DNA of 64,000 nt from Carcharhinus longimanus. Taxonomy: Eukaryota. The stretch lies in contig JASCQW010000190.1 in the NCBI GenBank assembly GCA_030264375.1, forward strand, positions 51,994,078 through 52,058,077, in the 5' to 3' direction. Below the pieces are notes generated by a model. It had not been told where the DNA came from. It made no database searches and worked only from the letters and a program-made list of their open reading frames with translations. This document shows, one piece after another, positions 1 to 14,263 of the stretch. Made by a program: the position numbers and the translations under genes. The stretch's first letter is position 1; every line of letters starts with the position of its first letter.

Positions 1-303
1 TTTACTGTGCATACTGTCCTCCGCAGTGGTTGCATCCTGCGCTTTGTCTGCAATTGCTCCACTCTTTCGGCTTGTACTGTCACTCAGCGTAATGTATTTC
101 CTGGCCTGCTCTGCCATTCATATGCTCTATAATGTTTCATAATTTTGACACACATCTATTGCTTTCTTTAGTGTCAGTATCACACCTTTCAATAGACTTG
201 CTCTCACAGTGCGGTCTCACACTGCCAGGACGAATCTATCTTTAATCTGATCATCTTTTAGCTGTGCAAATCCACATGATTCTGCTAGATGCATCAATGC
301 CAT
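1..303 (-). mobile_element. Ty3/Gypsy gag remnant
   Basis: Minus translation LAESCGFAQLKDDQIKDRFVLAV*DRTVRASLLKGVILTLKKAIDVCQNYE. Confidence 0.7.
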
Positions 304-309
304 GCTGTA

Positions 310-600
310 CAAAGAACGATAAAACACGGGAACAGCCCCTTTTGCTCTCCAAGCCTGCACCAATCATGTTATCCTATCTAGACCAACGGCTTATATTCCT
401 CTGTTCCCCGTCTGTTTTTAGGTGTCTATCTAGATAAGTCTTAAATGTTGCAAACATGTCTGCCTTAACCACCTTACCTGACAGTCCATTCCAGGCCTCC
501 ACCGCCACCTGTGTAAAAAAAAATCTTCCCCCGCACATCTCCACTGAACCTTCCCCCCCTTATCTTGAACTTGTATCCCCTTGTAATTGTCATCTCTGTC
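310..600 (-). mobile_element. CR1 LINE 3' fragment
   Basis: Similar to the CR1 3' end at 29865-30200. Confidence 0.7.
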
Positions 601-604
601 CCAT

Positions 605-1120
605 GACCAGTTAGGGAACACTTCAGCATGGGCATTCAGCCTCTAATCTTTGGGTAAGTGTTATCCAAAGCGGCCTTCACAACACACGACAATGCAGAAT
701 CGCTGAGCAGAAACTGATAGCCAAGTTCCGCACACATGAGGACAACCTCAACCAGGATCCTGGGTTCATGTCACACTAATACATGACTTGCCTAGGCTTG
801 CAAATCTCACTAACTGTCCTGGCTGGAGACAATACACATCTCCTTAACCTGTGCTTAACCCTCTCTCCACTCACATTGGCTGTGCTTTTAAGATTTCATT
901 ACCTCTAAAGACTTGCGTTCCAACCATTGTTTTGTAAATTGAGCTTGTGTCTTTATATGCCCTGTTTTTGAACAGAACTCCCACTCACCTGATGAAAGGG
1001 CAACGTTCCAAAAGCTTGTAGCTTGTGTTACCAAATAAACCTATTGGACTTTAACCTGGTGTTGTGAGACTTCTTACTGTGCTTACCCAAGTCCAATGCT
1101 GGCATCTTTACATCATGGCT
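605..1120 (+). mobile_element. Penelope-like element 3' fragment
   Basis: Encodes VIQSGLHNTRQCRIAEQKLIAKFRTHEDNLNQDPGF (GIY-YIG C-terminal region) and carries the CTGATGA...AATAAACC pseudo-LTR also seen at 32700, 49450 and 58100. Confidence 0.75.
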
Positions 1121-4100
1121 CCAATCCCCCATGGACCATCATGTCTGGTCTCTACTGATGACCATTAGTGATTCTCACCAGCGTGAGGTCACACCATTGA
1201 GGTGGTAAGCATCTGTGAGGCCATGTGAGATGCATTAATGTCATACAAATCATCACATTGATCTGCTAATGGGGCTTTGTGCTTTTTCTGGGCGTGAAAC
1301 CAGTCCTGCCATCAAACAGGGCTGGGAACTACGCATGTGGTGCCAAACCAGGCATGAACTCAATTTCTGGTTCCCCACACAATCTTACCAGTTCGCTGTG
1401 TTGATCAATTGCACAATGAACCAGTAAGATAGTGGCCTGTCTTTCCCAAGGTCCAAGGAAAATCCAGCCAGCTAAAGTTCTAAATTTATAAGAGTGGATG
1501 AAGTCTTGCTGTCTTATGTTTAAATTACCATCCTCCCTCATGCAAGAGGGCTGCCCACTATCCAACCTTCATTAAGACAGACGATTCAAACATTTAACAT
1601 TTAACATCCTGCTCAACTCAAACCTTCCCTTTTAAGGGGTTAAAGTTACTATATGTGTCAGTCTCACTTCTGATTTCCATTACTCAGTACATACTTTCCT
1701 CGTTTCACTCAATGTTTCGTTATATTTTAATTCTGTTATTTACCAGAAGTTCTCAATGGTGAAGTTTGCCTCCTCCATAATTAAGAACAGGCTTGCATTT
1801 ATCTTGCATAGATCATGACCACAGGACATTCTAAAGTACTTTACAGCCAACTGAATCTTTTTGAAGTTTATTCCCTGTTGCAATATAGGAAGCAAAAAGA
1901 ACTAATTGCATTCAGAAAGCTCCCAAAAACAGTAATGTGCTAATGACAATATAACATGCTCTCATGGTCTCTGTTTTAAGTATAAAGACAGAAGTCTTCT
2001 TCAGTGTCTTCCGCTGCAAAAAGTTTTAGTGAACCGAATAGAAATGACAGTCACATGATTATGAAAAGTGAGTAAGATTGTGTTTTCAAAACCCAAACAT
2101 CCTCTTTTTCACTTTGAACACAAGTTGCAATCAGTGTTCACTGAACAATAAATATTGGCCAGACCACAGAGGGAACTCCCCTGCTCATCTCCAAAATAGT
2201 GGCAAGCAATTTTTTTATACCTATCTGCAGGGGGCTGACAAGATCTTTGTTTATCCAATAGATGGCAACTCCAACAATGCAACCCTCCATCACTGGAGTG
2301 CCACCTTGGATTACATGATCAGATCTCTGAAGCATGCCTTGAACCCACAAACTTTCTGACTTGAGGTGAGAGTGCTACCACTGCTGAAACTCTTTCATGG
2401 GTATATTTCAAAACTGGGCTCCAAAGCAGATTGTTTCCCTTTCTGATACTGACTGGCCTGCAAGCATTACACTTCTGATTTTATTTCAAACTGTCAGCAT
2501 TTTTCACATTAATGAAGATGTACTACTAATGTAGTAGTACATTGGTGTACTGGCACACTCTGTGAGGCACTCAGAGTTCTCACAAAGGCTCTCATCTGGA
2601 ACATCAACCTCTCTTTCTAACCTGCTGTTTTGTTCCAGTGTCATTTCATTAAAACATCGTTCTTTTGACATTGTTTCTGACTTAATCTTGAGGCCTGGGT
2701 TAAAATTAATTAGCTTACTGTAGGTATTATCTTTTAAGTACAGATTAGTCTTTTTATCAAAAATACATGCATTTCCTTGCCAATGTTCTCCCCCTTCCTC
2801 CCCCAAATGGGTTGCCAAGGCACCATTTCACAAACATATCCTTTAATACCTCACACAAGTGAAATTTGACAGTGGGGCTAATTGGCTGGGCTGGATGGAA
2901 AGAACATCTTATCCGGGCCCAATCCTGTCTTCATTGGAGTTTCAATTAATGCCATTGGATAGCAAACAAGCCCATTTACAGCCATCACAGTGGTCTGAAG
3001 CCACTGGGGCACGCCCACTACCTTTCCAGCTAAGATCAATGAACCCAGCATGGAGCCTTCTGATCCTTTTGGTTTACATGATTACTGGATCAGAACAGAA
3101 AATTCTGTCAATTCATTCAGTACCTGTAGAGATAAAATCAAGTTAGATTTTTGGAGTTATATCCTTTATCTGACGTTAATTTGTCGTTCTTTCCATCTGC
3201 TCACTCAATTATTGCACATTGACAGAACATTCTATTTTAACTTCAGATAATTAGCACCTTTTGCATTTCTTTCTAAAAGTTCTCTGGATGCACTGGTTGG
3301 AATCTTACAAAACAGCCTTGAGGATGTCAGGAGTTATTGGAACAGGAGTAGGCTGTTCAATCACTCTGGCCTTTTCCAATTAATTCTGATTTGTAGCTCT
3401 TTATTCATTCATAAGACATGAGCGTTGCTGGATGACCAGCATGTATTGCCCATTCCTAGTTGCCCTTGAGCTGAGTGGCTTGCTAGATATTTCAGAGGGC
3501 AGTTGAGAATCAACCACATTGCTGTGGTTCTGAAGATTTTCTTCCTTAAAGGACATTAGTGAGCCACTTGGGTCTTTTGGACAATCGGCAATGGTTTCAT
3601 GGTCATCAGTAGATTCTTAATTCCAGATATTTTTTATTGAAATTCCACCATCTGCCATGGCAGGATTTGAATCCAGAACATTAACTGAGTTTCTGGATTA
3701 ATAATCTAGTGATAATACCACTATAATAACCTAGTTGACAGAAATTTTCTTCCTGACTTCAATTTTATAACGGCTTGCCAGTCCCACATTTGATCAAATA
3801 GATAATAAAAGGATGTGCGGAGAATATGTTTAAATTAATAGAGAATCCAATGGGCTCTCACTGTATTTTCTGCTTGTAACATGAATAAAAGATATCTTTT
3901 ACTTACGTTTTTAAATGTTAGAATAGGTGAGAAGGCAGAAATTAAAAGAAGATATTATTATCACAGATTGAAGTGGGTAAAAAGTTAGACGTGTTGTTAT
4001 GCCTGAAAAGTTGTTATAATTCTTAGCGAGTTAGTGGTGTAATGGTAATATTGATGGGTTAGTAATCCAGAGACCCGGGTGAATGCTGTAAGAACATGGA

Positions 4101-4396
4101 TTATGATGGAATTTGAATTCAGTTGATAAATTGGGAATAAAAGTAATGGTGACCATGAAACCCATGTCATAAAAACCCAGTTGGTTTTAAAGTCCTCCCC
4201 AACTCCATTTAGCTCCTTATTCCTTAATGTCTGACCCAAGACAAATCTAAATTCTCTCAGCACCCAGTCTTTTGTTGGGGAGAGTTCCATCCTATTCAAA
4301 TCATATTAACATCATGGTCAGATCACCCATTCAGTCTCCTATACTCACCAAGCTGAAGGAACTCACCAAGCTCTTTCAAAAGCACTATTCCAAATG

Positions 4397-4652
4397 CGTG
4401 GTGGCACAGTGGTTAACACTGCTGCCTCACAATGCCAGGGACCGAGGTTCAATCACTTGGGTCATTGTCTTTGTGGAGTCTGCACATCTTGCCCTTGTCT
4501 GCATGGGTTTCCTCTGGGTGGTCTGGTTTCCTCCCATAGTCTGAAAGATGTGCTGGTTCATGCATTGGCCATGCTAAAATTCTCCCTCAGTGTACTGGAA
4601 CAGGTGACTAGGATTTTCACAGTAAGATCATTGCAGTGTTGATATAAACCTA
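4397..4652 (+). mobile_element. V-SINE, type B tail
   Basis: tRNA head, V domain, and tail GACTAGGATTTTCACAGTAA...CATTGCAGTGTT. Confidence 0.85.
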
Positions 4653-5293
4653 TTTTTAAAAAATTTATGACCGCTACCATTAGAAAGATAAGGTGGGCAG
4701 ATGCTTAGGATCACCACTACCCACAAATTCCTCTTCAAGCTACTCACCATCCTAACTTGTAAATATATTGCCATTCCTTCACTGCTGCTGGGTCAAAACT
4801 CTGGAAAGCCTTCCCTAACAGCACTGTGTACCTACAGCACATGGACTGTGGAGGTTCAAAAAGGCCACCAGCTGCTCAAGAGTAATTAAGGATGGGCAAT
4901 AAACATTGGCTTAGCCATAAATGAATTTAAAAACTCAAAAAATATAGGACAGATTTATACAATCTATTCTCATAATTTAACCCTTTAATTTCTGAATCTG
5001 TGTTACACCAATGTATACTTCCTGGGGCGCAGTGACCAAAACTGAACACAATACTCCAGAAGTATATCAAGAATCCTAAACATCATTGCTCTTCCACGGT
5101 TTCTTGTTTCTCACCATTTAGAAAATATTGCAATTTATCTTTCCAAGACCCCACATATCAAACTTCTTCTTCCATTGCAAATTTGGAGAATATGTACCAA
5201 GTTATCTTGTTCCCATTGGATCAAATACAAATTCATCTCATAATTTTATCCTAATGCCTTCCTTATTTCAATGGATAGAATGGTGTCCATTGA

Positions 5294-6225
5294 TGTTGTA
5301 TGCTTCTGTGAGAATTATGGTTTTAAAAGATATTTTTGGGGAATATTGTGTTATTCTGTAGAGACAGCTATGGGTGTGTGTGTGTAAATTAATTAAGCTA
5401 GGGAAAGGATACTAGAGACAGGTTACCTGGGAGGTTTAAGACACGAAGGAAAGAGATGTTAGANNNNNNNNNNNGTGACAAGATATTATGATGTGTTTGA
5501 AGTAAAAGTAAATAAGTTGGATCTAATATTTGCATTTTAAATAAGTTGCAGTTTCATTTGAAGAAACATTTTGCATCTTACAGGAGTTCCATGGGTAAAC
5601 AAAAGGTATATTACATTTTATTGATTTGAAAGCAGAGACAAATTAGAAACATGGAAGATTCTATATTTGAAAGGATTTGCATTTCAAAGAGGTGCAAGAA
5701 CAATGGAACCTGAGATGAAAGGGGGAAAAAGCTACTTTAAATTACTGTGGAGAGCATAGATGCTTTGTGCGGAAGACCTGTTGGAAACAGCACTGGATTG
5801 GAAGATGTGAAACTTGAATCAGCAACCAGTAAAGCCAGAAAAGTCTTGACCTGCAAAAAGCTAGTGTTTGAGAGGGAATGTTGTATACTTTATTAAAGCA
5901 ATAACTGCTTTGCTTTGGGTAATATTCTTATCATTAAACATCTATAAGGGAATGTTGTCTGGAAGATATCTACTTGTGTATCTAAGTAGGGAGCTGTTTG
6001 GGGAGAGCATTTTGTAGGACCAATTTTAACTGTGTAATTGTAATCTTGTGTGCTTAAATTTTCTTTTCTTGTCAATAACCCTTTTAATTTTAAAATCACA
6101 TAGGTGTGCCTTCTTGCTAATGATATCAGTATTTTTCTTCTAAGATTACAAAACTTGGTGTGTAAGCCAAGTTTTCCTCTGGAATTTGGTGTGCTCAGTA
6201 ATGACCATCTGCTGTGGTCATAACA
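5294..6225 (+). mobile_element. Probable solo LTR (Gypsy-type)
   Basis: TGTTGT...ATAACA termini and imperfect flanking duplication CATTGA/CTTTGA. Confidence 0.45.
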
Positions 6226-8184
6226 CTTTGATAATTCAGTAACTTCTGAACACTTTACTATTTTGTTTACTATGTACCCATTTGACATATACAGATTGTT
6301 CTCCATGCCTTTCCCCAAGGACCATTTCTCATATGTGATCCCAGCCTGTTATGTATCATCAACTTTTACAATTCTAAGATGGATTACAGCTTTCATCGAA
6401 CATCTATACAGAAACTATCTGGTGAGGCAGTGTGAACTTTAATTAGATACAGCTAAAATAGAAAAATCAGTGTCGTGAAGCCAACAGCTAGATATAAAGT
6501 TGGGTAGCCTCACAAAACAGCAGAAACAAACCATTGCAGAGGAGTCATCAGAGGGGCACAAATGGGACACAGCTTCTAAGATGGGTAGTAGTGAAAGCAT
6601 TACAGGGGAGGATCACACAAAATATGGGATTAGGCTAAAACAGAAATAATATCCCTGCTCTTCTTTGAAAAAGCACCATGGGATCTTTTGCCTTTACCAA
6701 GCAAGGTAGATAGGACCTAAATTTAACAACTCTGAAAGACTGCATCTCCGAAAGTACAGTGTTTCCTCAGTACGGCACTGGAGAGTCAGCTTTGATTTTC
6801 GTATCCAAGTCCTGAAGTCAATCTTGAACCCAGAATCATGTGGTGCAGAGACAACTATGCTACCAACTGAGCCACTGACACTCAAATGATGGAAATACTT
6901 AGCAGGTCAGATAGCATCATTGGAGGGAAAAAACAAAATTAACATTTCAGGTTGATGACCTCCCAACAGAACAAATGTGATTGGAATTACAGGAAAAGAT
7001 GAATAATGGTCATTAATTACAAAGGGGATCAAAGCTTATGAAAAATCAAATGGGACAAGAGCGCTGAGGAAAATATATAATCTCTTGGATTAAGTCTCTT
7101 TCAATTTTGGAATAATATCTCCTTGTTGTGTGATTGTTCAAATTATATGACTTGCTTAGATAAGTAACATTCAACCATTTTAACATTAAGGATGTGATTC
7201 ATATCCACTCTGCATTGGCTTCTCCCCAGTGACAACAAGTTGAACTAATCAATTTCAAAGACCCATTTTGCTCTTGTAAATTTGACTGGTCTACGTGACA
7301 TGTTCTGCTTGATATCTGGTTAGATATAACTAGCGGATGTAAATAGAACAGATGATAGTTATTGACACTCTCTTTAAACATAGCAGTTTGCCAACTGGTA
7401 ATTAGTTTCCTCTGTTCATCTACTTGGAATGATACTACTGTGTTTTCATGCAATTGGTAAATCTGTTTGACTTTTATACGGAACATTGATTGTTCAATCC
7501 CAGCCAGAGAGATCCCAGCAATATTACCTGGAGTGAAAAGTTTGGATGAAAATCAGCACGGTCATTTTTCCATGACACAAAGAAGTTTATGCAGCAAGTA
7601 GAAATTGTTTCTTTGACCTGAATCAGTTAATCTGAACACAGTGAATACTTTTGAGATTGTGTTCTGGCTTAGGATTTTTAATGAGATCTCCAAGAGCCAC
7701 GAGTTCAGGAGTATTGCTGACCGTACTTTGAAGAAATCAGATCTCTGCCGTTCCCTCCTTCCCCCTGGTGTTTCTTATTGTGTGGCTGGTCTGTATTACA
7801 TTGCTTCAAGTCTGCAGTGCACAGCTTGCAAGAAATTTTGAACACGTGGAACAAACTGACCTTGGATTTGGGAGGTGTTCAAAGTCACTGCTCAGTTTAC
7901 AATCTCTTCCAAGGTATTCATTAATAATCCATTGTTCCAGTGTGAATGCAAAAGGTTGCTGCTGCACTTTCCAACTGTCTGACAAAGTTTTGCATGAGTT
8001 GGCACCTCTTTTGGATCAAAATTAGCAGAGCTGATGTCATTCCTTTTCATCTCCTACTTACCTTTAGCTTGGACTGTCTACTTTGTTCCCCCCCCAACTT
8101 GCAGCTGGCTTAATTAACCTCAAATTAGACTGGTGACTGTACATCTGGTCCACTGCCAACATATTGTCCAATTCACAATGCATT

Positions 8185-8390
8185 CACTTCTTGAGAGGGG
8201 ACAGAAAAGATTTACCAGGATGTTGCCTGGTATAAAGGATATTAGCTATGAGGAGAGGTTGGAGAAATTTGGTTTGTTCTCACTGGAAAGACAGAGATTG
8301 AAGGGTGACCTGATAGGTATCTACAAGATTATGAGGGATGTGGACAGAGTGGATGGTCAGAAGGTTTTTTCCAGGGTGGAAGAGCCCAGT
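8185..8390 (+). mobile_element. CR1 fragment
   Basis: LERGQKRFTRMLPG...SYEERLEKFGLFSLERQRLKGDLI. Confidence 0.8.
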
Positions 8391-9321
8391 TGACAACTCA
8401 GGCACATCATGGAACTTGCCCACAGCAAGAGCTCCGATTCAGAAATGCTGCTAATGTTCAGTTATCACCTAACAAGCAGCTAGCCTGTAGAAGGAAATAA
8501 AATATGGTTTTATATTTTTTATTTCAAATAATAAAATGACAATAATGTACATTAACAAAGTTTGAATTGCACATGAGTAGCAGATACAGACTTTCTATTC
8601 AGGTACACAATGATTACAGCTTCAGGCAATGTTTTTCAAAGCCCTCACCAGCAACCCACTGAGCAATGTTTCTGCATCAAATCAGACTAGCAGATTCCAG
8701 CTTTTGAGTCACATTACCTTCATGGATATATACACTCAGTTATAGACTCTTCCTCACCCTCGGAATTATTCAATAATCACATCTGTTCCTTTATTACAAG
8801 ACAAAATAACCATTTGTCTATGTGAATCTCTATTCCCCAATCAACAGAACCAAAAATCAGATCATCCAATATAAATAGAAAGAGATTTAGGCAATACACA
8901 GTATACCCTGTGATCTCCATTGCAAATTTGTTATGGTTCCCTGGCTGAAGATCTTTCTACTCTGCCATCAAACAAACTTGTGTGTATACAGGGGGATTTA
9001 AAACAAAAAGGTTGTTTCAATTGGCAGCGCAGTGGGCCAGCCCACAGCAGTATGAAGATAATACCCCCATTGGATCATCACCAGTACTTTCAGCTGTTTT
9101 GTCAGCTTATTGCAAGTCAGTGAAGGGGAGGTTAGAAGGTCCCTACCACTAGAGGAAGGGAAAAATATATACACTTGGGTAGAATAGTCACTGCAGACCA
9201 CTTGGTGGTTTCCTAGAATTGGTAACTGGGCATTGCCTTATTAGAGACAAAGAACATTGGGAATGCCAGGTGAGAATCGCTGCGCAGAAAAACAGCAAAA
9301 GAAAAATGACAGGAACAGGTT

Positions 9322-9327
9322 TTTATT
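9322..9327 (-). terminator. Candidate RFWD3 polyadenylation signal
   Basis: AATAAA on the minus strand about 340 nt after the stop, followed by a U/GU-rich tract (tcatttttcttttgctgtttttc). Confidence 0.65.
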
Positions 9328-9668
9328 CAAAGACAATTTCCCTAGAAATGTCACAAATATGAAAACAACAAATATATATTCATCAGTAAGTAGCAAAACT
9401 TTGGATATGTCACTACTAATCATTATATTTAACTAAAGGTCACGGTTTACAACAAAAGGTGAAGTTTGCAGATTACTAGGAGACAGCTCGGTGGGATAGT
9501 CACATAAATCAAGCCCTATCTGCTAGGGAAGGTGGGCTAGTTTAAAAATAGATGCTTAGTTTCCTGATTGGGTGCAGCAATTCAATTATGACATTAGCAC
9601 CAGATTTGAGCCATAGATTTCCAGTCCTAATGAGTCTGTAATGGCAAGCACTTGAGCATGAAGTCCCA

Positions 9669-9812
9669 TTAGGCCCATTTGTAGATCTTGACCATTTTTT
9701 CTGTCAGAGTTCCCAAGAAATTAGTGTGGTTCACCTCAAAGGGGCAGATATCCAGTACAGGCTGATCGGCTTGAAGCTTCTGGATGAGAGAGCCACTCCC
9801 TCCATTCCATAC
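9669..9812 (-). CDS. RFWD3: RFWD3 terminal coding exon ([47 protein letters not shown])
   Basis: Read by hand because it is absent from the ORF track. ggtag| acceptor, 144 nt, TAA at 9671-9669. [13 protein letters not shown] matches the human C-terminus (recalled). Confidence 0.95.
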   Translation of the reverse strand, partial: VWNGGSGSLIQKLQADQPVLDICPFEVNHTNFLGTLTEKMVKIYKWA

Positions 9813-12159
9813 CTACCATATCAAGGAAGTAAAAAAAAGTGTCAAACACCTTCAGAACAAAACTGAACAGAGAATAATATAATACAAAATAATAATACAA
9901 AAATCTAAGTATTTCTCAAAAATATCCTATCCTGGATAATCCAAGATCTACGGGTCAAAGAATCAGGGTGTCTGTTTCTTTATCCACTAATAATCCCCTA
10001 CACCCTCCCAACAGTCTAACCCTGACATTTCCACATTTATGGTTGCAGGGTGAAAGGACAGAAAAGTTATGTAAAAAACTCGTACCAGGAACAAAAGTGA
10101 AAATAAATGCTGGAAACACAACAAGCAGGTTTAGTCAGATGACCCAACAAGGATGTGTAGTTCATACATGAATGCAAATTTCCCTTTCACAGATGTCAAG
10201 GAACTTGCTATGCTTAGTCAGCATTTTAAGTCAGAAAGGCTGTCTATCTTTATACAAGATATCAATAGACTGCGCCCAGTCACACAACATTTACACAGCC
10301 CCACCCACATATTTATAAAGCAGTTTTCTGTCTCTCCATCACTGCTCTCATTCCCACCTCTTCTCACCACACAAACACATCTTGGTCCCTGACCAAACAG
10401 CATGACCATGACCTCCTTCACATATGCCCAGCACTCTTGGTTACAGATTTTTGTCCATCTTTTGATGACATCAGCAAAAAGGTCAAGCTTGCTGCAAAAT
10501 TACATAATGCAGCAAATGGAAAGAAAATGGAATCACTTTTTCATGACATTAAGTCTTCAGAGTTCAAAAATGAAATGAAATAAATAGCTTTCATGAATTT
10601 ATGTTTTAAATTGAGTTCAACTCTGGGAGTCTGAAATCACAATTACAATTGGAGGGTGAGGGTTAACAAAACCCTGGATGATCTCATCAGTGCTGCCATG
10701 ACCAAAGTATTCATTTCGTTAATTGGATTAATTGGACAAAACAAAAGCCTCAATTACAAATATGAGGATACCTGCTGTCACCAAGTGGCTTAACCTACGA
10801 TCACTAAAACAGGCAGAATCAAATATTCTAGATTCTGATTGGCTAGTGTGCACACAACCCTTAAAGCTATACTGTAGAATTTGTGAACCATGAACATCTG
10901 TGTTCAAACACATACTAAGTCATTATCTATATTACACATAAGACGCTACACTGAGACTTACTGCAGCTGTACCACACCAGTGAAATTGCAACTAGGACAC
11001 AGGTTCATTGCCCTGAAAATTGTATGGCAGTGATTGTCAATTAGCTGAATGTCCGCTCTCGTGTAACTCACAACTTGTAACAAATGTCCATTCTTGTGTA
11101 ACCCACAGCTTGCTTACAGCATTAATATAGGGATTCCCAATCTGTGGATGGCAACCACAATGGGATCACATCAGTCACATTTGGGGTCACAGGATTCTCC
11201 TGCCCCCAACTCCCCCCTCTCAGCAGCAATATCAATTGTGCATCAGAGATGACCCAGTCCGGAGGCTCAAGTGGGACAGCTCCGAAAACAGCTGGACCAA
11301 ACAGCACTAGGCAGACAGTGGACCAAAGTGCTTGTAGGTTTCAGAATACACCTTCAGTAGCAAGTGTCAACTTGCCCCAGGATGTTTGTGTGCCCACTTG
11401 GCATAACTAGAGGCTGGCAACTGTATCTCCATCACCAAGTGAGTGCAGAAAAAAGGAAAATGGTCCTGTGGCTGAGCCCAGAAAGTAGTGACAGATCTAC
11501 ACTATGGTCTAGTCCTTACATCATGATAACATCTGCTTCACAGTTATGGGCAACCAGACAGCAAGGGAGGCAAGGAAGAGGAGCTAGTAAGTGAGTGGGA
11601 GAAAAGGGGTTGGCTGAGTCAATGAATGGGGTGTGGGAGATGGGAAGCAGGTCTGTTGAGTGAGTGGGGCAAATGGAGGTTTGGAAAAGGGGCTGCTTAT
11701 GCATCTACATCACCAAGGGAATATAGACAGCTTGGCTAGAAGTTATGGCTTCATAAAATAATATTTTCACAAAATGCTTTGTTAAGGCGAGGTGATGGCC
11801 GAGTGGTATTATCATTAGACTATTAACCCAGAAACTCAGCTCATGCTCTGGGGACCAGGATTCAAATCCTGCCATAGCAGATGGTGGAATTTTCATTCAA
11901 TAAAAATATCTGAAATTAAAAATCCTTGACCATTGTCAATTTCTGGAAAAAACACATATAGACAAGGAAGTCTGCCATCCTCACTGCTCTAGCCTACATG
12001 GGATGGCATGNNNNNNNNNNNNNNNNNNNNNNNNNNNNNNNNNNNNNNNNNNNNNNNNNNNNNNNNNNNNNNNNNNNNNNNNNNNNNNNNNNNNNNNNNN
12101 NNNNNNNNNNTATAGACAAGGAAGTCTGCCATCCTCACTGCTCTAGCCTACATGGGATG

Positions 12160-12450
12160 GCATGGTGGCACTGTGGTTAGCACTGCTGCTTCATAGTGCC
12201 AGGGACCCGGGTTCAATTCCTGGCTTGGGTCTCTGTGTGGACTTTGCATGCCCTCCCCATGTCTGAATGGGGTTTTCTCCAGAATCTCCAGTTTCCTCCC
12301 ACAGTCCAAAGATCTGCAGGTTAGGTGCGTTGGCCATGCTAAATTCTCTCTCAGTGTACCCAAACAGGCAGAGTTGACAACTAGGGGGATTTTCAGAGTA
12401 ACTTCATTGCAGTGTTAATGTAAGCCCACTTGTGACTAATAAATAAACTT
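12160..12450 (+). mobile_element. V-SINE, type B tail
   Basis: Same head, V domain and tail, ending GTGACTAATAAATAAAC. Confidence 0.85.
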
Positions 12451-13084
12451 GTACATGCGACTCCAGAGCCACAGCTACCCTAGGGCAATTAGGTATGGAG
12501 AATAAATGCTGGCCAGCCAGCTATGTCCATGTTCCATAAATGAATTAAAAAACAGATTTTCATACTTGTATGTTGTAATATTGTATGTTGATCTATAACA
12601 TGCAAACTAATAATGTACTAAATATTACAATGCCATTTTATTTTTGACATGAGATCATGATAATTTTCAGATGTTAAATTTGAGTCACATTGGAACATAG
12701 TTCAGAAAGCAGTAATCTAACAGATCAATCCACCCATTTCCTCAACGATACTTAACAAAATGCTGTGAATGCTGAAAATCTGAAATATAAACAAGATGTG
12801 GGAAATATTCAGCAGATCTGGCAATATTTACAGAGAGAGACTTAGCATTTCTGGTCCATGATCTGTTAACACTGCATTGTGGTATATGCTCTTTTCATAA
12901 TTTTGTTCTTTGTAATCATATTAAATCATTGCTGAATACGACAGTATAAATGACCACCTTTGTCCCCACTCATCTAGCCAGCTGCCATGTTACATTCCGG
13001 GGCAGAAAATATCAAGGAAGGTAGCCTGAAAGTTGACAGCCAAGTTGCAGCTGGTGACAAGATTTACGGATTGCTATTACTTAC

Positions 13085-13302
13085 CATAGCACTGTTGGTT
13101 GCCTCATCCCCAGCACACACTAAGACATTGCCGTCATTCTCTGGACTTGTGAAAATGGCATTTTTGGTCAGCAGTTTACATGTTGGACCTGCTCTAAATG
13201 TCTGCACTGGGTAACACGTGCAGACCAGGTTCTCGAGCGAACCTGGGGAGGGACTGCTCGACAGTTCCATCATCACGCACCGTAAAGAACTGTGGGTTTT
13301 AT
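13085..13302 (-). CDS. RFWD3: RFWD3 coding exon 11 (...[35 protein letters not shown])
   Basis: aagcag| acceptor (tandem NAGNAG), ATG|gtaagt donor, 218 nt. Confidence 0.95.
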
Positions 13303-14048
13303 CTGCTTTCAAAAAGAAACATTAATCATGCATTTAAGACTGGCAGCAGTTTACAATTCTGAATGAATAAAATTCTCCCTTTCTACAGGTAAAGGCGTTT
13401 GCTGAAGTTTAGCTCCATTTGCCAGCAACTCTTCACCAGGACAGTGCATAATCTTCATGCCCACATTAAAACACGTGATTGTGGGTCCTTCACAGCTGGG
13501 TCACTATTTAAAAATGACAGGTTGCTTATTTAAGAACAAGACAGAAGTCAATTTTTCTCGTAGAGGATCATGAGTCTTCAGAGCTCTTCCTCAAAAAGCA
13601 GTGAAGCATTCTCTTTAAATAGTTTTAAAGTCAGATGTAGATAGATTCTTAGTAAGCAAAGAAGTGAACAGTTAGGGGTAGATGGGAATGTGGAGTTGAG
13701 GTTACAAGCAGATCTGTCATGATCTTCTTGAGTGGCAGAGCAGGCTCAAGGGGTGAAGTGAACTTCTATTTTGTGTGCTGAAATGGAGCCTGATGCTGTC
13801 TTCAGAAGGCTGACAGGACAGTTGTCAGCAATATGCAATCCTGGCTGGATCAATTTTCCCTCACCCAAGGGCACTGAAGCCAATGGCACTCTGCTTTGTC
13901 ATCCAAGCCAGATTGCCCAAAAGTATCAGTGCCCATAACCGTTTCATGGGGTATGGCATAGCACCACCTCTTCCTCCCCCCCATCCCCTCCCTACACATG
14001 CGCACGCACACACACACACCCCCACCACCCAAATATTGCTCCACATAC

Positions 14049-14263
14049 TTGGCCTGTAAGTAACAAGACAGTGTCGCATTGTGGGTTCGATCTGTATATC
14101 TGTGCAGCCTCCAGCTTCCAGAGGTAGCAGGTGCGCCTTGTATGTGTTTGTGGACTTCTGCTCCCAAAAGCACCCTCCCTCCAGAGTGCCAGCCACCAGA
14201 CCACCACATGGAAATGCAGCAGAAGCCATACGCGGAAGGTAAGACAATGAAGTCACAGGACAC
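14049..14263 (-). CDS. RFWD3: RFWD3 coding exon 10 ([21 protein letters not shown]...RHCLVTYRP)
   Basis: tgtag| acceptor, A|gtatgt donor, 215 nt. Confidence 0.95.

Noticed and set aside
9150-9300. Apparent minus-strand splice acceptors (9151, 9280) suggesting extra RFWD3 3' exons
   Set aside because: The CDS already terminates at 9669. The pyrimidine tract at 9283-9320 is better explained as the downstream element of the AATAAA at 9322, and no RFWD3-like frame follows.
11957-12164. 54-nt direct repeat flanking a 100-N gap
   Set aside because: Identical sequence on both sides of the gap indicates unmerged overlapping contig ends, an assembly artefact.
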